NCBI RefSeq assembly: GCF_046119375.1
Contig: NW_027362762.1
Span: forward strand, 90,768,001 to 90,832,000
DNA: 64,000 nt
Direction of reading: 5' to 3'
Source: Phyllobates terribilis
Taxonomy: Eukaryota
Positions 1 to 11,908 of this stretch are shown in pieces. The notes beneath the pieces were generated by a model that saw nothing but the letters and a program-made list of their open reading frames with translations, was not told the DNA's origin and searched no databases. Both the position numbers and the translations under genes were made by a program. Position 1 is the first letter of the stretch. Every line of letters begins with the position of its first letter.

Positions 1-520
1 TGGTGTTTTTCATTGGTTAAATGACTTTGGGTCACTGATCTCATACCAGTATTTCATACATAGTGATGGACCACATCAAATTAAAGTCACTCCAGCATGG
101 CCCAAAAGGGTTCTGGGCATCAAAGTGGGCAAATAGCCACTTTTCACAGATTTGAATAAGTAACTGGTGTTTTTCAGGGTTAAATGACTTTGGGTCACTG
201 ATCTCATACCAGTATTTCATACATAGTGATGGCCCGCATCAAATTCAGGTCACTCCAGCCTGACCCAAATGGGATCTGGGCATCAAAATGGGCATCAAAA
301 TTGGCAAATAAGCATCAAAATTGGCAAATAGCCAATTTTCAAAGATTTGAATAAGTAACTGGTGTTTTTCATTGGTTAAATGACTGGGCCACTGATCTCA
401 TACCAGTATTTCATACATAGTGATGGACCACATCAAATTCAGGTCACTCCAGCCTGGCCCAAATGGGTTCTGGGCATCAAAGTGGGCAAATAGTCACTTT
501 TCACAGATTTGAATAAGTGT
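1..520. repeat. Left terminal-inverted-repeat array, ~3 copies of a 164-bp unit
   Basis: Unit start TGGTGTTTTTCA recurs at 1, 165 and 360; the second unit is lengthened by internal GCATCAAAATTGGCAAATA duplications. Confidence 0.93.
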
Positions 521-865
521 TACTTATCGGCCACTGATCTCATGAGTGCTGCGTGCAGTATATAGCCAATATGAGCTGTGTGTGCTATAGGGAGAGCGCT
601 ATATGGCCAGCGGGCGTGCTATGTTTGGTATATGGCCAATGTGAGCGCTGGGTGGCAGTATATGGTTAGTGTGAGTGCTGTGTGCGGTATGTTTGTAGTG
701 TGGAGTAAGTGAGGAGTAGCAATGCCACTCATCATTTTTTACACTACTAAGGTAGAGTAAATTACAGCAAAAAAAGTACAACAGTCCAAGGCTTAAGCAA
801 CATTTCTGGTGGAGCAGCAGTTGCAAGATGTGCCTTAATCACTAATATGCACATGTTTTAAACAC

Positions 866-1155
866 ATGAAGAATCTGGAGGAAGTGCAGAGAAGAGCAAC
901 CAGAATGGTGACAGGTCTGCTAACAATGTCCTATGAGGAACGGTTAGAGGATCTAGGAATGCTTAGCTGCAAAAGAGAAGACTAAGAAGAGACTTAATAG
1001 CTGTCTACACATATCTGAAGAGCTGCCACAGTGTAGAGGGATCGTCCTTATTCTCATTCGCACACGAGAAGCAATGGGGATACAGATTAGATATTAGAAG
1101 ACACTGTTTGATAGGGGGTGATCAATCAGTGGAACAGGCGGCCACGAGAGGTGGT
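866..1155 (+). mobile_element. CR1-type LINE fragment (RT C-terminal / 3' region)
   Basis: Decayed reading LEEVQRRATRMVTGL..MSYEERLEDLG…RRLR.DLIAVY.YLK; shares GTGGAACAGG.GGCCACGAGAGGTGG with the insert at 27183-27344. Confidence 0.8.
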
Positions 1156-1493
1156 GAGTAGTGTTGAGGGAGTATACTCGTTGCTCGAGATTTACGAGCA
1201 TACTCGGGCGAGTACCTCTTATCATCGGAGTTCTCGGCGTGTAAGTTTTTCCCGTTCCGTGAACATGATTTGCGACTGTTTGACAGCCGACCCTGATGCT
1301 AAGTCACAAGATAAAGAGCAAACAATTTGCAGACAGTTGGTACTTCAATTAAAAGTAGTGAGATAATGGAGTGTTCCATTGTTCAAGGTGGAATGGGTAT
1401 GACTGAGCTAAATGGTACCTTCCCAACAAAGGCACAGCAAGCTTTTAGAGAAGTCTTTACAGTTATTTCTAACAAAGCAGGAGTTTTTACACT

Positions 1494-4282
1494 GTGAAGA
1501 GAAGGTACGTCTGCATTTTAATATCGATTACAATGGCTTGGAAATATTTCATGACCAAGATCTGGCTGAAGATAACAGTGAAGCTATTCAATAAACACAA
1601 ATCTACCTTACACTTGGATGGATACAGAAAGCCTTCATCTGTTTGGGGGATCATGCCTTCCCACATACTGGATAACAACCTGAAGACTCGAAAGTGGCTT
1701 TACCAATTATGGCATGAAGATCGCAGATGTTTGCACAAAAGAACAGAATCATCGGCAGCATCTTTTACTACAGCTACAGACTGCAACAGTGTGAATGAGG
1801 ATGATCAGCTGTATTGTATATGCAGGCAAAAAAACAATCCAGATGAACCATATGCGCAATGTAGTTCATGTCAAGACTAGTTTCATCCAGCCTGTGTGGG
1901 ATATGTGACCATTGAGGATATAGAAGTTATCTCACCATGGTTTTGTCCATCATGCAAAAAAACCTCACTACAATCAAGGACTATATCTGTTGAATCAGAA
2001 AGTAAAGACATAAAAAGGAATTTATTCCCTAACATTCAGGAAAATACAATTCCAACATTCCAAAATAGTCCAACACAAGAGCATATAAGTGAAGAAGACA
2101 ATGAAGAAAATGCCACATCAGATTACCTGGGTAACAATAACCATCAAACTTTGGACAACAAAAGCCAAACAATTAAGTCTTTGACTGTCCAAAAAATGCT
2201 CCATGTTTACACCAGTACAACAAGGACATCTGACAGTAAAAATGGACTATTTTGTTCTGATTGTCCAGCAGAGTTTTGTTTGACAATTTCTAAAGAGGAA
2301 TGGAGTCAAATAAAGCCAATTAAAAAGTATGGCTATAGAATATTAAAACCTGGCTGGGCAGATATCTTGTGTAGGAAATTTCACAAAGTCAACAATGTTT
2401 GTGTTATAAAATTCATTTATAGCCGAGTAAGATCAATTCAGTCAAGGGAAAAAAATGCATTGTATTGGCATGCCAGAGCAATATGCAAGTTTGCTGGATG
2501 TACAAAGTATTTTTTTTCAATTGATAAAAAACCCAAAAAAGAATGTTATGAAGTTGAGATAAATGTAAATGTTTCTGGATCCATTAAACATGTCAGAAGC
2601 CAATCCTTCCAGAGGCATACACGGCAAAAGGAAAGGAACACTTTAAAAATGGAATTAGGACAGTTGAAACCAAGTCTACTTTATACCAAAAAAGTAGCAA
2701 GCTCTGATGCAGAGGAACTATTCTTTGGCAATTTAAACAATGTGAAAACAAGGAATATAATCCAGAAAATCTCAAGTGAGAAAAATCTTGAGAACAGATT
2801 GAGCAAAGATTTTTTCATGGATTGTCTGCTTGTGCAAAAGTTGCAAACAGAAAGTGTCCAAAACCCAACAGAGCTTAACCAGGCGTACATGCAGTACTTT
2901 GGAGTGTCTCCATTTGTTGTACACATGTACTCAGACGCACAGTTGTATGTACTAAAAGACTTGCAAGGAGCAAAAAAATGTTGCTTGTATTTAGATGCAA
3001 CTGGATCAGTAATTAAAAAAACAGAAAACATATCACATAAAATTCTATATTATGCATTGTGCATATTAGTGCCTGGGAAAGCTAAAATTACATTACCTAT
3101 AGCGGAACTGATGTCATCAGACCAGAGTACTCCAACAATTCAGCATTGGTTATCTTGTCTGTGTCGTGATTTTTTTTATGTTTGCAAACAGAAACTCGTA
3201 CCGCAGAAAGTGGAGCTGGATTTTAGCTGGGCGCTTATCCACGCAGCATTAAATACATTTTGCAATTTTGGTTTAAGTGAGTATTTACAAAAATGCTTTA
3301 CAGCTGCAGAAGGAAAAATGAAATGCAATTTCACTGTTATCCACATATGTTCTGCTCACATGATAAAGCTAGTTAGCATGAAAGCAACCAGACACAATGT
3401 AAGCAAGCAAAAAAAGGAGTTTTTCATACATTTATTTGCTTTGCTGCAATATGCAATCAATATTAATGACCTTAAAAATGTACTTGCACAGATGGTGTAT
3501 GTGTTCCAGGCCAATGTGCAAACAAGGAATTGTAAAAAGTATATGAAAACTAAGAAAAAACATTGAAAACCAAGATCTTAATGATACAGAGGTGATTCCT
3601 GGCATGAGCACTGAGAGCAAAATTCATTTGGATGGAACTGATGGAAACATATAAAAGAGTCACCATTTTCTAAAGTTTTTTTTTAAATTATTGAAGATGC
3701 AAAACGATTGGCCCAAGAGGAGAGTAACCAACAGGTGTGTGGTGATGTCAATGAATTGTTCTGCCCTCCTCTCATATCTGTCTTGGGAGTCATATTGTGC
3801 CAGAATCCCACTGTGGAGCGGACTCATGATAAACTACATAAACAGGGGGCAGCGAGGGACACCAATTCTATAGCCGAAAACTGATTTTGTGTTGTAAAAA
3901 AAGTTGTTTTAAATGATAAATTACACAGGAGGCCGGGTGACTTTCTGCAACAGATGCATACATTTCTAATTGGAAGGATACGGGAAATTGGACTTAATGT
4001 ATTAAAAACAAAGGTGATTACAGAAACCCTTTCAGAAAATGAGAGAATACAATCTGTGACTCCAGAAATGAAGCCAGAACTTGTGTTACAACAAAACACG
4101 CAACTGGAGGAGCCATTTTGTAAAAAAGAAATGTGGTAAAAAAGGAAAGAAAAAAATAGTCCAAAAAAGGCAAAATATTACAACCCCCCGAACACCACAA
4201 AAAAAAGATAATGCAATGAAATCAATTTGTCCACCCTGGGCAGGAAAAGGCAGACTTGGGAGAAGAAAAGTGATTTTAAAAA
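1494..4282 (+). pseudogene. PHD finger + MULE/NOF-type DDE transposase, 5' part, disrupted
   Basis: C4HC3 PHD LYCICRQ…CSSCQD*FHPACVG…WFCPSC (TAG at 1878-1880). D at 2994 (YLDATG), D at 3219 (ELDFSWAL), CSAH at 3348-3359, E at 3876 (TNSIAEN*F). Frameshifts at ~3550-3800; stops at 3882 and 4137. Confidence 0.85.
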
Positions 4283-4291
4283 CAGACAGTA

Positions 4292-5193
4292 ATGTCACAG
4301 ACACAGAAACTCGGGAGAATCTTATTATCGCAAGCCCAAATATTACAAGAGCCACAAACAGACAAAAAACGGAAAAGGAGGGGAGGACGCAAACATAGCA
4401 AACCCCCCAGGCATGACAACTCGCCGAAAGAAATATTTTTAACATCACATAAATCCAATGTTCTGAATTTCTCAAAACAAGTCTTAACTCAGAAACAAGA
4501 TGAAGTTCTTTTACTTGGCTTGAATTTTGTACCAGACAGTAATTTCAACCTTTTCTCCACTCTATTGGATCTGAATAGATTCATACGGAATCTTAATATA
4601 AAAAAACACTTTACAACAGAGGATAATGAGCAACCTGAACTCCCTCAAATTACTGTCAATGAATACAGAGACTTGAATTTCAAGGAACAGATGTCTTTAT
4701 TGCATTTGCAGGATCTTCAGAATCCTTTGGAACCGGCTTCTATTCAAACCTCGATGTCTACTTCATTCAAAACTAGAAATCCTTCTTTTTATCCCTTACA
4801 AACACGGGTGGACTGTATGTGTCCTGGAAGCGATCCAATGGAAAGAGAGCTCAAATCGCTGGCACAGGATGTCAAGCATCATGGTTCCCACCATAACTTA
4901 TCATCTTTACACTATCAAGCATTGCAGGAATTGAGAAATATGCCACATATTGTTATACGTATGGCTGATAAGGGGGGCTTAGTAGTTGTGCTGGACACTG
5001 ACACATATAGATCCCAGGTTGCATCTTTATTGGAGGATTCATCCACATATCGTAAATTAAGGTGTGATCCGATTGTAGATATTAAAAAACAAACCTATGA
5101 AATTGTAAGTGACGGTTATATGTTGGGTGTATTATCTAAAAACCAAAGAGATTACCTTTTGGTAGATTTTCCAATCACCCCTATTATGCATGC
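4292..5193 (+). pseudogene. Penelope-like ORF, N-terminal part
   Basis: NVLNFSKQVLT..QDEVLLLGLNFVP and VIRMADKGGLVVV motifs; rejoins across the LTR element as PIMHA|LPKVHK. Confidence 0.88.
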
Positions 5194-6418
5194 TGTAACG
5201 GGTCTGGGAGGCGGAACCTCTGAGCTACTATACAAGAGGGCGGTCCTTGTAAGGGAGCGGGTGGCGACCAGGCAGGCAGTCACAGTAGGTGACCGGGACA
5301 GTCTCTAGAAGAACGGGCAGGAGGTCACGGCAAGTGACCGGGGCAGTTTCTGGGTGAACGGGCAGATGGTCATGGCAAGTGACCGGGGCAGTCTCTGGGT
5401 GAACGGGCAGATGGTCACGGCAAGTGACCGGGGCAGTCTCTGGGTGAACGGGCAGATGGTCACGGCAAGTGACCGGGGCAGTCTCTGGGTGAACGGGCAG
5501 ATGGTCACAGCAAGTGACCGGGGCAGTCTCTGGGAAAAGGGTTGGTACGACCTGTGGCGGCTGATGGTAGACGTGAGCTCCCAGGTGAGCAGGCGAGAGT
5601 CTCTGGATAAACGGGTGGTCACAGCATGTGACGGCGGAGCCTCCAGGAAGACCAACAGACAGGCGACAGATGAGCGCTCCCAGGTGAGCGGGCAGGAGTC
5701 ACTGGACAGGCAGGTGGTCACAGCACGTGACGGCAGAGCCTCCAGGTAGGCTAGCAGACAGGCAGCAGATGAGCGCTCCCAGGTGAGCGGGCAGGAGTCA
5801 CTGGGCAGGCAGGTGGTCACAGCACGTGACGGCAGAGCCTCCAGGTAGGCTAGCAGGCAGGTAGCAGATGTGCGCTCCCAGGTGAGCGGGCAAGCTGGTC
5901 CATAGACAGACTGACAAGAGTTGGAAGGCAGACCGTCGGACCTCAGGCAAGCAGGCAGGTAGTTGATGTGCGCTCCCAGGTGAGCGGGCAAGCTGGTCCT
6001 TAGACAGACTGACAGGAGTAGTAAGGCAGACCGTCGGACCTCAGGCTAGCAGGCAGGTAGCAGAATATCGGGCAGGAAACAGACAGCAAACTGGCAGGAC
6101 TCTGGCAGGAATCAGGCAGGTAACTGGCAACGGGACCTGAGGGCTGAAGCAGAGTAGAACAGTGCAACAACATTGCTCGGGCACCTCCATTTTGGAGGAG
6201 GTGCCTTATATATGGTGAAGTCCTCCGGCCATTGGCCGGGGACTCCTTAGGACGGCGCGCGTGGCCCCTTTAAGAGGGAGGGAGCGCGCGCCCTAAGCAC
6301 AGTGGCCGGGAAGGAGCGCGCGCTGCCAGCAGAGCGGGAGGAGGACGCCGGGCTCGGAGCAGAGAGGTGAGGGGAACAGCGTCCCTGCCTAGCAGAGGGC
6401 AGGGACGCCGACGCTACA
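5194..6418 (-). repeat. 3' LTR (1225 bp) with internal 45-bp and ~72-bp tandem units
   Basis: Direct repeat of 10634-11903; adjacent to the polypurine tract. Confidence 0.96.
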
Positions 6419-9400
6419 GTACCCCCCCCCTTTAGGCCCCCCCTTTTTTAGGCCAGACAGAAATTTAGCAAGGATGAGAGGGGCATGGATGTTCTCCCGG
6501 GGCTCCCACGTTCTCTCTTCAGGACCAAACCCCCTCCAATCTACTAGAAAAAAGGTCTTCCCTCTTACCCTTTTGGTGGCCAGAATGTTCTCTACCTCAA
6601 ATTCGTTTTCAGCGGAAACCGGAGCAGGAGGCGTGCCTGTAGACTTGGAAAAAGAGTTAAGTACCACAGGTTTGAGGAGAGATACATGGAAGGAGTTAGG
6701 GATCCGCAAGTTGGCCGGGAGTTTCAATTTATAGGCCACCGGGTTGATCTGACTGATGACTTCCAGAGGACCGATGAACCGAGGCCCTAACTTATAGGAA
6801 GGAATCTTGAGCCGGACATACTTGGACGAGAGCCAGACCTTATCCCCTGGACGGAATTGAGGAGGATCCAGACGTTTTTTGTCAGCATGTCTTTTCATAC
6901 GCTCGGATGACAGAAGGAGTGCGGACCGGGTACTCTCCCATGTGGAGGAAAATTTGTTAACAAGAGATTCCGCAGCCGGATTGTCCACCGAGGTAGAGAC
7001 AGGAAACGGGATCCGAGGATGCTGACCGAAGACTACAAAAAACGGGGATTTGGAGGAAGATTCGCTCTCGTGATTGTTGTACGAGAATTCGGCCCATGGC
7101 AGGAGATCCACCCAGTCAGAATGGTGGGCATTAACGAAGTGCCGGAGGTAACTGGTCAGGATCTGATTGATCCGCTCCACTTGACCATTAGACTGTGGGT
7201 GGTAAGCGGAGGAGAAGTCCAGGGTGACGTCTAGCAATTTACAAGTGGCTCTCCAGAAACGAGAAGTGAACTGTACCCCACGATCCGACACGATGTGACG
7301 GGGCAGGCCATGAAGACGGAAGATGTGGCGGATAAAGTCTTTAGCCAGCTCGGGTGCAGGCGGGAGGCCTGGCAAGGGAATGAAGTGAGCCATCTTGGAA
7401 AAGCGGTCAGCGACCACCCAAATGACCGTACAACCTGCAGAGACGGGAAGATCAGTAATGAAGTCCATCGCAATATGCTGCCAGGGGGCAGCAGGTACTG
7501 GCAGAGGAAGAAGGCGACCGGCTGGCAGGTGTCTCGGAACTTTGTTGCGGGCACAGGACACACAGGCAGAAACAAAGTCTATTACATCCTTGCGCAGGTT
7601 AGGCCACCAGTAGTGCCGGGAAATAAGCTGGAGGGTCTTTTTCTGACCGGTGTGGCCAGCTAGTTTAGACGAATGACCCCAGTGTAGGATCTTCTCCCGA
7701 TCAGGTACCGATACGAACGTCTTACCGGGAGGGAGACGATTTAGACTCACGGGAGCCACCTGCATTACTCTGGCGGGATCGATGATATGTTTAGGTTCTT
7801 CCTCAAGATCAGATACCAGAAAGGATCGGGACAAGGCGTCTGCTTTGATGTTTTTGTCAGCCGGACGAAAATGTAGAATAAAATCAAAGCGAGCAAAAAA
7901 CAAGGACCACCAGGCTTGGCGCGGATTAAGTCTCTGGGCATGCTGGAGATAAGCCAAGTTCTTGTGGTCAGTGTAAATTATTACCGGATGAAGAGCCCCC
8001 TTGAGTAGGTAACGCCACTCCTCCAATGCCAGCTTGATGGCCAATAACTCTCGGTCTCCTATGGAATAATTGCGCTCAGAAGAGGAGAAGAGTTTGGAGA
8101 AGAAGCCGCAAGTTACCATCCTCCCGGAAGAAGATTTTTGAGTAAGTACAGCTCCGGCTCCAGAGGAGGAGGCGTCAACCTCCAGAAAGAACTGCTTGTT
8201 GCCGTCCGGACGATGCAGCACCGGGGCGGAAGAGAAAGCCTGTTTTAAGGAAAGAAAGGCCTCCTCTGCTTCGGGCGGCCACTCTTTGGGATTAGTACCC
8301 TTACGGGTGAGCGCGGAAATTGGGGCAGTCCGGGAAGAGAAGTGCGGTATGAAGAGGCGGTAGTAGTTGGCGAAGCCCAGGAACCGCTGAATGGCCTTCA
8401 ACCCCTCCGGTCGGGGCCATTTCTCCATGGCAGACAGTTTCTCTGGATCCATTCGTAGGCCGGTCTGAGAAATAATGTAGCCCAAAAACGGAAGCGAGGT
8501 CTGCTCAAAGATGCACTTCTCATATTTAGCGAAGAGGTGGTTCTGCCTGAGCCTGAGCAGGACCTGACGAACGTCCCTCCGGTGAGTCTGGAGATCCGGA
8601 GAGAAGACCAAGATGTCGTCCAGGTACACCACAACGCAGGAGAAGAGAAGGTCCCGGAAGATGTCATTGACCAACTCTTGAAAGACGGCAGGAGCGTTAC
8701 AGAGACCAAAGGGCATTACCAGATATTCATAGTGGCCGTCCCGGGTGTTGAATGCAGTCTTCCATTCATCCCCTTGACGGATACGGACCAGGTTGTACGC
8801 CCCACGGAGGTCCAGTTTGGTGAAGACTCTAGCCCCCCTCAGGCGATCAAATAATTCTGGAATGAGCGGAAGGGGGTACTTATTCTTCACCGTGATCTGG
8901 TTAAGGCCTCTATAGTCTATACAGGGACGGAGAGAGCCGTCCTTCTTTTTTACGAAGAAGAAGCCTGCTCCCGCCGGGGAGGTAGATTTCCGGATGAATC
9001 CCCTTGCCAAATTCTCCTCAATATATTCGGACATCGACCGGGTCTCAGCTGCGGACAATGGGTAAATACGCCCACGGGGAGGAGTAGTACCGGGTAACAG
9101 GTCGACAGGACAGTCGTGTGGTCTATGAGGGGGTAATGTCTCTGCCTCCTTTTTATTAAAGACATCAGCAAATGACCAATAGGGAATCGGAAGTCCAGGT
9201 AGATTAGTTGGGGTAGGAGAAGGACGGACGGGATGAACAGGAACCAAACAAGTCTTATGACAGTCCTGTCCCCAGCGAAGGACTTCTCCGGTCTGCCAGT
9301 CAAGCACGGGTGCATGTCTCTGGAGCCAAGGTAGACCTAGTAAGAGGGCGTGAGAGAGTCCAGGCAGAACATGAAAAGAGATGCTCTCAGAGTGCAGCAT

Positions 9401-9688
9401 TCCCACCTGCAGAGTTACGGATTCGGTGATGAGTTGGATGGGACGTGGTAAGAGGCCTCCATCCACAGCAGCGACAGATAATGGTACAGCCAGAGGTTTG
9501 GTGGGAATGCGGTATTTTTCTACCAGGGACTGTGAGATAAGATTCCCGGCCGCTCCAGAGTCAAGTTGGGCTAGTTCGAAATAACGGTTCTCCCCGCAGA
9601 TAATAGAGACTGACAGTAGCAGAGATGGAGAGGATTTATTCTTGTCTAGGTTGACCTCTCTGAGCGAACCTAGACACAGGCGTTTCCC
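6389..9688 (-). CDS. pol: pol: protease, RT, RNase H, integrase, chromodomain; expressed by -1 frameshift
   Basis: LDSGAAGNLI, LDLRGAY, YLDD, HHCC plus DDE integrase, FEVENILATK…WRGFGPEERTWEP. The frame is open from the slippery site GGGAAAC (9688-9682). Confidence 0.95.
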   Translation of the reverse strand, partial: GKRLCLGSLREVNLDKNKSSPSLLLSVSIICGENRYFELAQLDSGAAGNLISQSLVEKYRIPTKPLAVPLSVAAVDGGLLPRPIQLITESVTLQVGMLHSESISFHVLPGLSHALLLGLPWLQRHAPVLDWQTGEVLRWGQDCHKTCLVPVHPVRPSPTPTNLPGLPIPYWSFADVFNKKEAETLPPHRPHDCPVDLLPGTTPPRGRIYPLSAAETRSMSEYIEENLARGFIRKSTSPAGAGFFFVKKKDGSLRPCIDYRGLNQITVKNKYPLPLIPELFDRLRGARVFTKLDLRGAYNLVRIRQGDEWKTAFNTRDGHYEYLVMPFGLCNAPAVFQELVNDIFRDLLFSCVVVYLDDILVFSPDLQTHRRDVRQVLLRLRQNHLFAKYEKCIFEQTSLPFLGYIISQTGLRMDPEKLSAMEKWPRPEGLKAIQRFLGFANYYRLFIPHFSSRTAPISALTRKGTNPKEWPPEAEEAFLSLKQAFSSAPVLHRPDGNKQFFLEVDASSSGAGAVLTQKSSSGRMVTCGFFSKLFSSSERNYSIGDRELLAIKLALEEWRYLLKGALHPVIIYTDHKNLAYLQHAQRLNPRQAWWSLFFARFDFILHFRPADKNIKADALSRSFLVSDLEEEPKHIIDPARVMQVAPVSLNRLPPGKTFVSVPDREKILHWGHSSKLAGHTGQKKTLQLISRHYWWPNLRKDVIDFVSACVSCARNKVPRHLPAGRLLPLPVPAAPWQHIAMDFITDLPVSAGCTVIWVVADRFSKMAHFIPLPGLPPAPELAKDFIRHIFRLHGLPRHIVSDRGVQFTSRFWRATCKLLDVTLDFSSAYHPQSNGQVERINQILTSYLRHFVNAHHSDWVDLLPWAEFSYNNHESESSSKSPFFVVFGQHPRIPFPVSTSVDNPAAESLVNKFSSTWESTRSALLLSSERMKRHADKKRLDPPQFRPGDKVWLSSKYVRLKIPSYKLGPRFIGPLEVISQINPVAYKLKLPANLRIPNSFHVSLLKPVVLNSFSKSTGTPPAPVSAENEFEVENILATKRVRGKTFFLVDWRGFGPEERTWEPRENIHAPLILAKFLSGLKKGGPKGGGYCSVGVPALC
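6422..6434 (-). other. Polypurine tract
   Basis: G-run on the minus strand immediately before the 3' LTR. Confidence 0.85.
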
Positions 9689-10620
9689 GACCTCTCCGGG
9701 CAGGTACGGATCCGGTGCTCCTTACTGCCACAGTAGAAGCAGCTCCCTTCGGCACGGCGTAAGTCCTGACGAGTTTTGACCATCTTGATCTGGTCGACCT
9801 GCATAGGCTCAGGAGAGTGTACCTGGGGAGAGACGGATGGAGTGACGGGTTTCTGAAAAGTAGGAGCTAGACGTGGAAACCTCCTCTCACGGGTGACCTC
9901 TTTGGCACGCTCCTGGAACCGTAGGTCAATCCGGGTGGCAAGAGTTATTAGGTCATCGAGAGTGGTAGGAATGTCCCGACCGGCAAGTTTTTCTTTAATA
10001 CGGCCGGACAGACCCTCCCAGAAGACGGATACCGGAGCGTCGTTATCCCAGGCCAGCTCCGAGGCAAGGGTACGGAACCGTATGGCATATTGGCCCACGG
10101 TGAGACTTCACTGACGGAGGCGTAGCAGAGATGATGCGGATGAGGTCTTCCGTCCGGGTTCGTCGAAGACTTTCCGGAAAGCCGTGAGAAAGGCAGGCAA
10201 GTCGGACACCAGGGGGTCTCCTCTCTCCCATAGAGGATTTAGCCAGGCCAGGGCCTCCCCGGTGAGATGGGACATGATGAAGGCAATTTTGGCCCGGTCG
10301 GAGTTAAACTGGTGGGACAATAGTTCAAAGTGCAGGGTGCACTGATTTATGAAGCCCCGAGCCTGGGCGGAGTCGCCTCCGAAGCGAGGAGGTGCACAAA
10401 GCCGGGGTCCGGGGTAGGATACCATGGTATTGGTGGGCAGCGGAGCTGCCGGGTTGCGAGTCATGGCACTGGCGGTGGTTGCTGGTGGAGCAATCAGAGT
10501 GTCCAGGCGAGAATTGACATTCCGCAGGCGACCCAGGATGGACTCCTGTTGGGACCTCTGACGGGACAGTTCATGACAGAGGTCCGAGAGCGAGGCAGCT
10601 TGGGTGCCACCGGGTTCCAT
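9670..10620 (-). pseudogene. gag: gag (PEG10/RTL1-like capsid + CCHC knuckle) with one in-frame TGA
   Basis: PPRFGG…ARGFINQC, KIAFIMSHLTGEALAW, CFYCGSKEHRIRTC. TGA at 10110-10108 in LRQ*SLTVGQY. Confidence 0.92.
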
Positions 10621-10621
10621 G

Positions 10622-10631
10622 GCCCGAGCAA
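10622..10631 (-). other. Non-tRNA primer-binding site (self-priming type)
   Basis: Minus strand TTGCTCGGGC lies 2 nt from the 5' LTR and is complementary to the LTR sequence GCCCGAGCAA (11667-11658). Confidence 0.8.
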
Positions 10632-10633
10632 AC

Positions 10634-11903
10634 TGTAACGGGTCTGGGAGGCGGAACCTCTGAGCTACTATACAAGGGGGCGGTCCTTGTAAGGGAGCGG
10701 GTGGCGACCAGGCAGGCAGTCACAGTAGGTGACCGGGACAGTCTCTAGAAGAACGGGCAGGAGGTCACGGCAAGTGACCGGGGCAGTTTCTGGGTGAACA
10801 GGCAGATGGTCACGGCAAGTGACCGGGGCAGTCTCTGGGTGAACGGGCAGATGGTCACGGCAAGTGACCGGGGCAGTCTCTGGGTGAACGGGCAGATGGT
10901 CACGGCAAGTGACCGGGGCAGTCTCTGGGTGAACGGGCAGATGGTCACAGCAAATGACCGGGGCAGTCTCTGGGTGAACGGGCAGATGGTCACAGCAAGT
11001 GACCGGGGCAGTCTCTGGGAAAAGGGTTGGTACGACCTGTGGCGGCTGATGGTAGACGTGAGCTCCCAGGTGAGCAGGCGAGAGTCTCTGGATAAACGGG
11101 TGGTCACAGCATGTGACGGCGGAGCCTCCAGGAAGACCAACAGACAGGCGACAGATGAGCGCTCCCAGGTGAGCGGGCAGGAGTCACTGGACAGGCAGGT
11201 GGTCACAGCACGTGACGGCAGAGCCTCCAGGTAGGCTAGCAGACAGGCAGCAGATGAGCGCTCCCAGGTGAGCGGGCAGGAGTCACTGGGCAGGCAGGTG
11301 GTCACAGCACGTGACGGCAGAGCCTCCAGGTAGGCTAGCAGGCAGGTAGCAGATGTGCGCTCCCAGGTGAGCGGGCAAGCTGGTCCATAGACAGACTGAC
11401 AAGAGTTGGAAGGCAGACCGTCGGACCTCAGGCAAGCAGGCAGGTAGTTGATGTGCGCTCCCAGGTGAGCGGGCAAGCTGGTCCTTAGACAGACTGACAG
11501 GAGTAGTAAGGCAGACCGTCGGACCTCAGGCTAGCAGGCAGGTAGCAGAATATCGGGCAGGAAACAGACAGCAAACTGGCAGGACTCTGGCAGGAATCAG
11601 GCAGGTAACTGGCAACGGGACCTGAGGGCTGAAGCAGAGTAGAACAGTGCAACAACATTGCTCGGGCACCTCCATTTTGGAGGAGGTGCCTTATATATGG
11701 TGAAGTCCTCCGGCCATTGGCCGGGGACTCCTTAGGACGGCGCGCGTGGCCCCTTTAAGAGGGAGGGAGCGCGCGCCCTAAGCACAGTGGCCGGGAAGGA
11801 GCGCGCGCTGCCAGCAGAGCGGGAGGAGGACGCCGGGCTCGGAGCAGAGAGGTGAGGGGAACAGCGTCCCTGCCTAGCAGAGGGCAGGGACGCCGACGCT
11901 ACA
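10634..11903 (-). repeat. 5' LTR (1270 bp)
   Basis: Near-identical to 5194-6418 but 45 bp longer (one extra tandem unit). Confidence 0.96.
11691..11697 (-). promoter_or_regulatory. LTR TATA box (TATATAA)
   Basis: Starts ~30 nt upstream of the putative self-primer / transcription start at 11667. Confidence 0.65.
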
Positions 11904-11908
11904 CATGC

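Larger units (their letters stand above)
5194..11903 (-). mobile_element. Full-length Ty3/gypsy chromovirus (sushi/Tf1-like), very recent insertion
   Basis: TGT…ACA LTRs, 5-bp TSD CATGC (5189-5193 and 11904-11908), order gag-PR-RT-RH-IN-chromodomain. Confidence 0.97.

Noticed and set aside
1750-1980. PHD exon of a host chromatin gene
   Set aside because: In frame with the transposase, inside the TIRs, and interrupted by a stop; no other host exons nearby.
5305-11476. Duplicated 228/243-aa ORFs as a paralogous gene pair
   Set aside because: They are translations of the tandem repeats inside the two LTRs.
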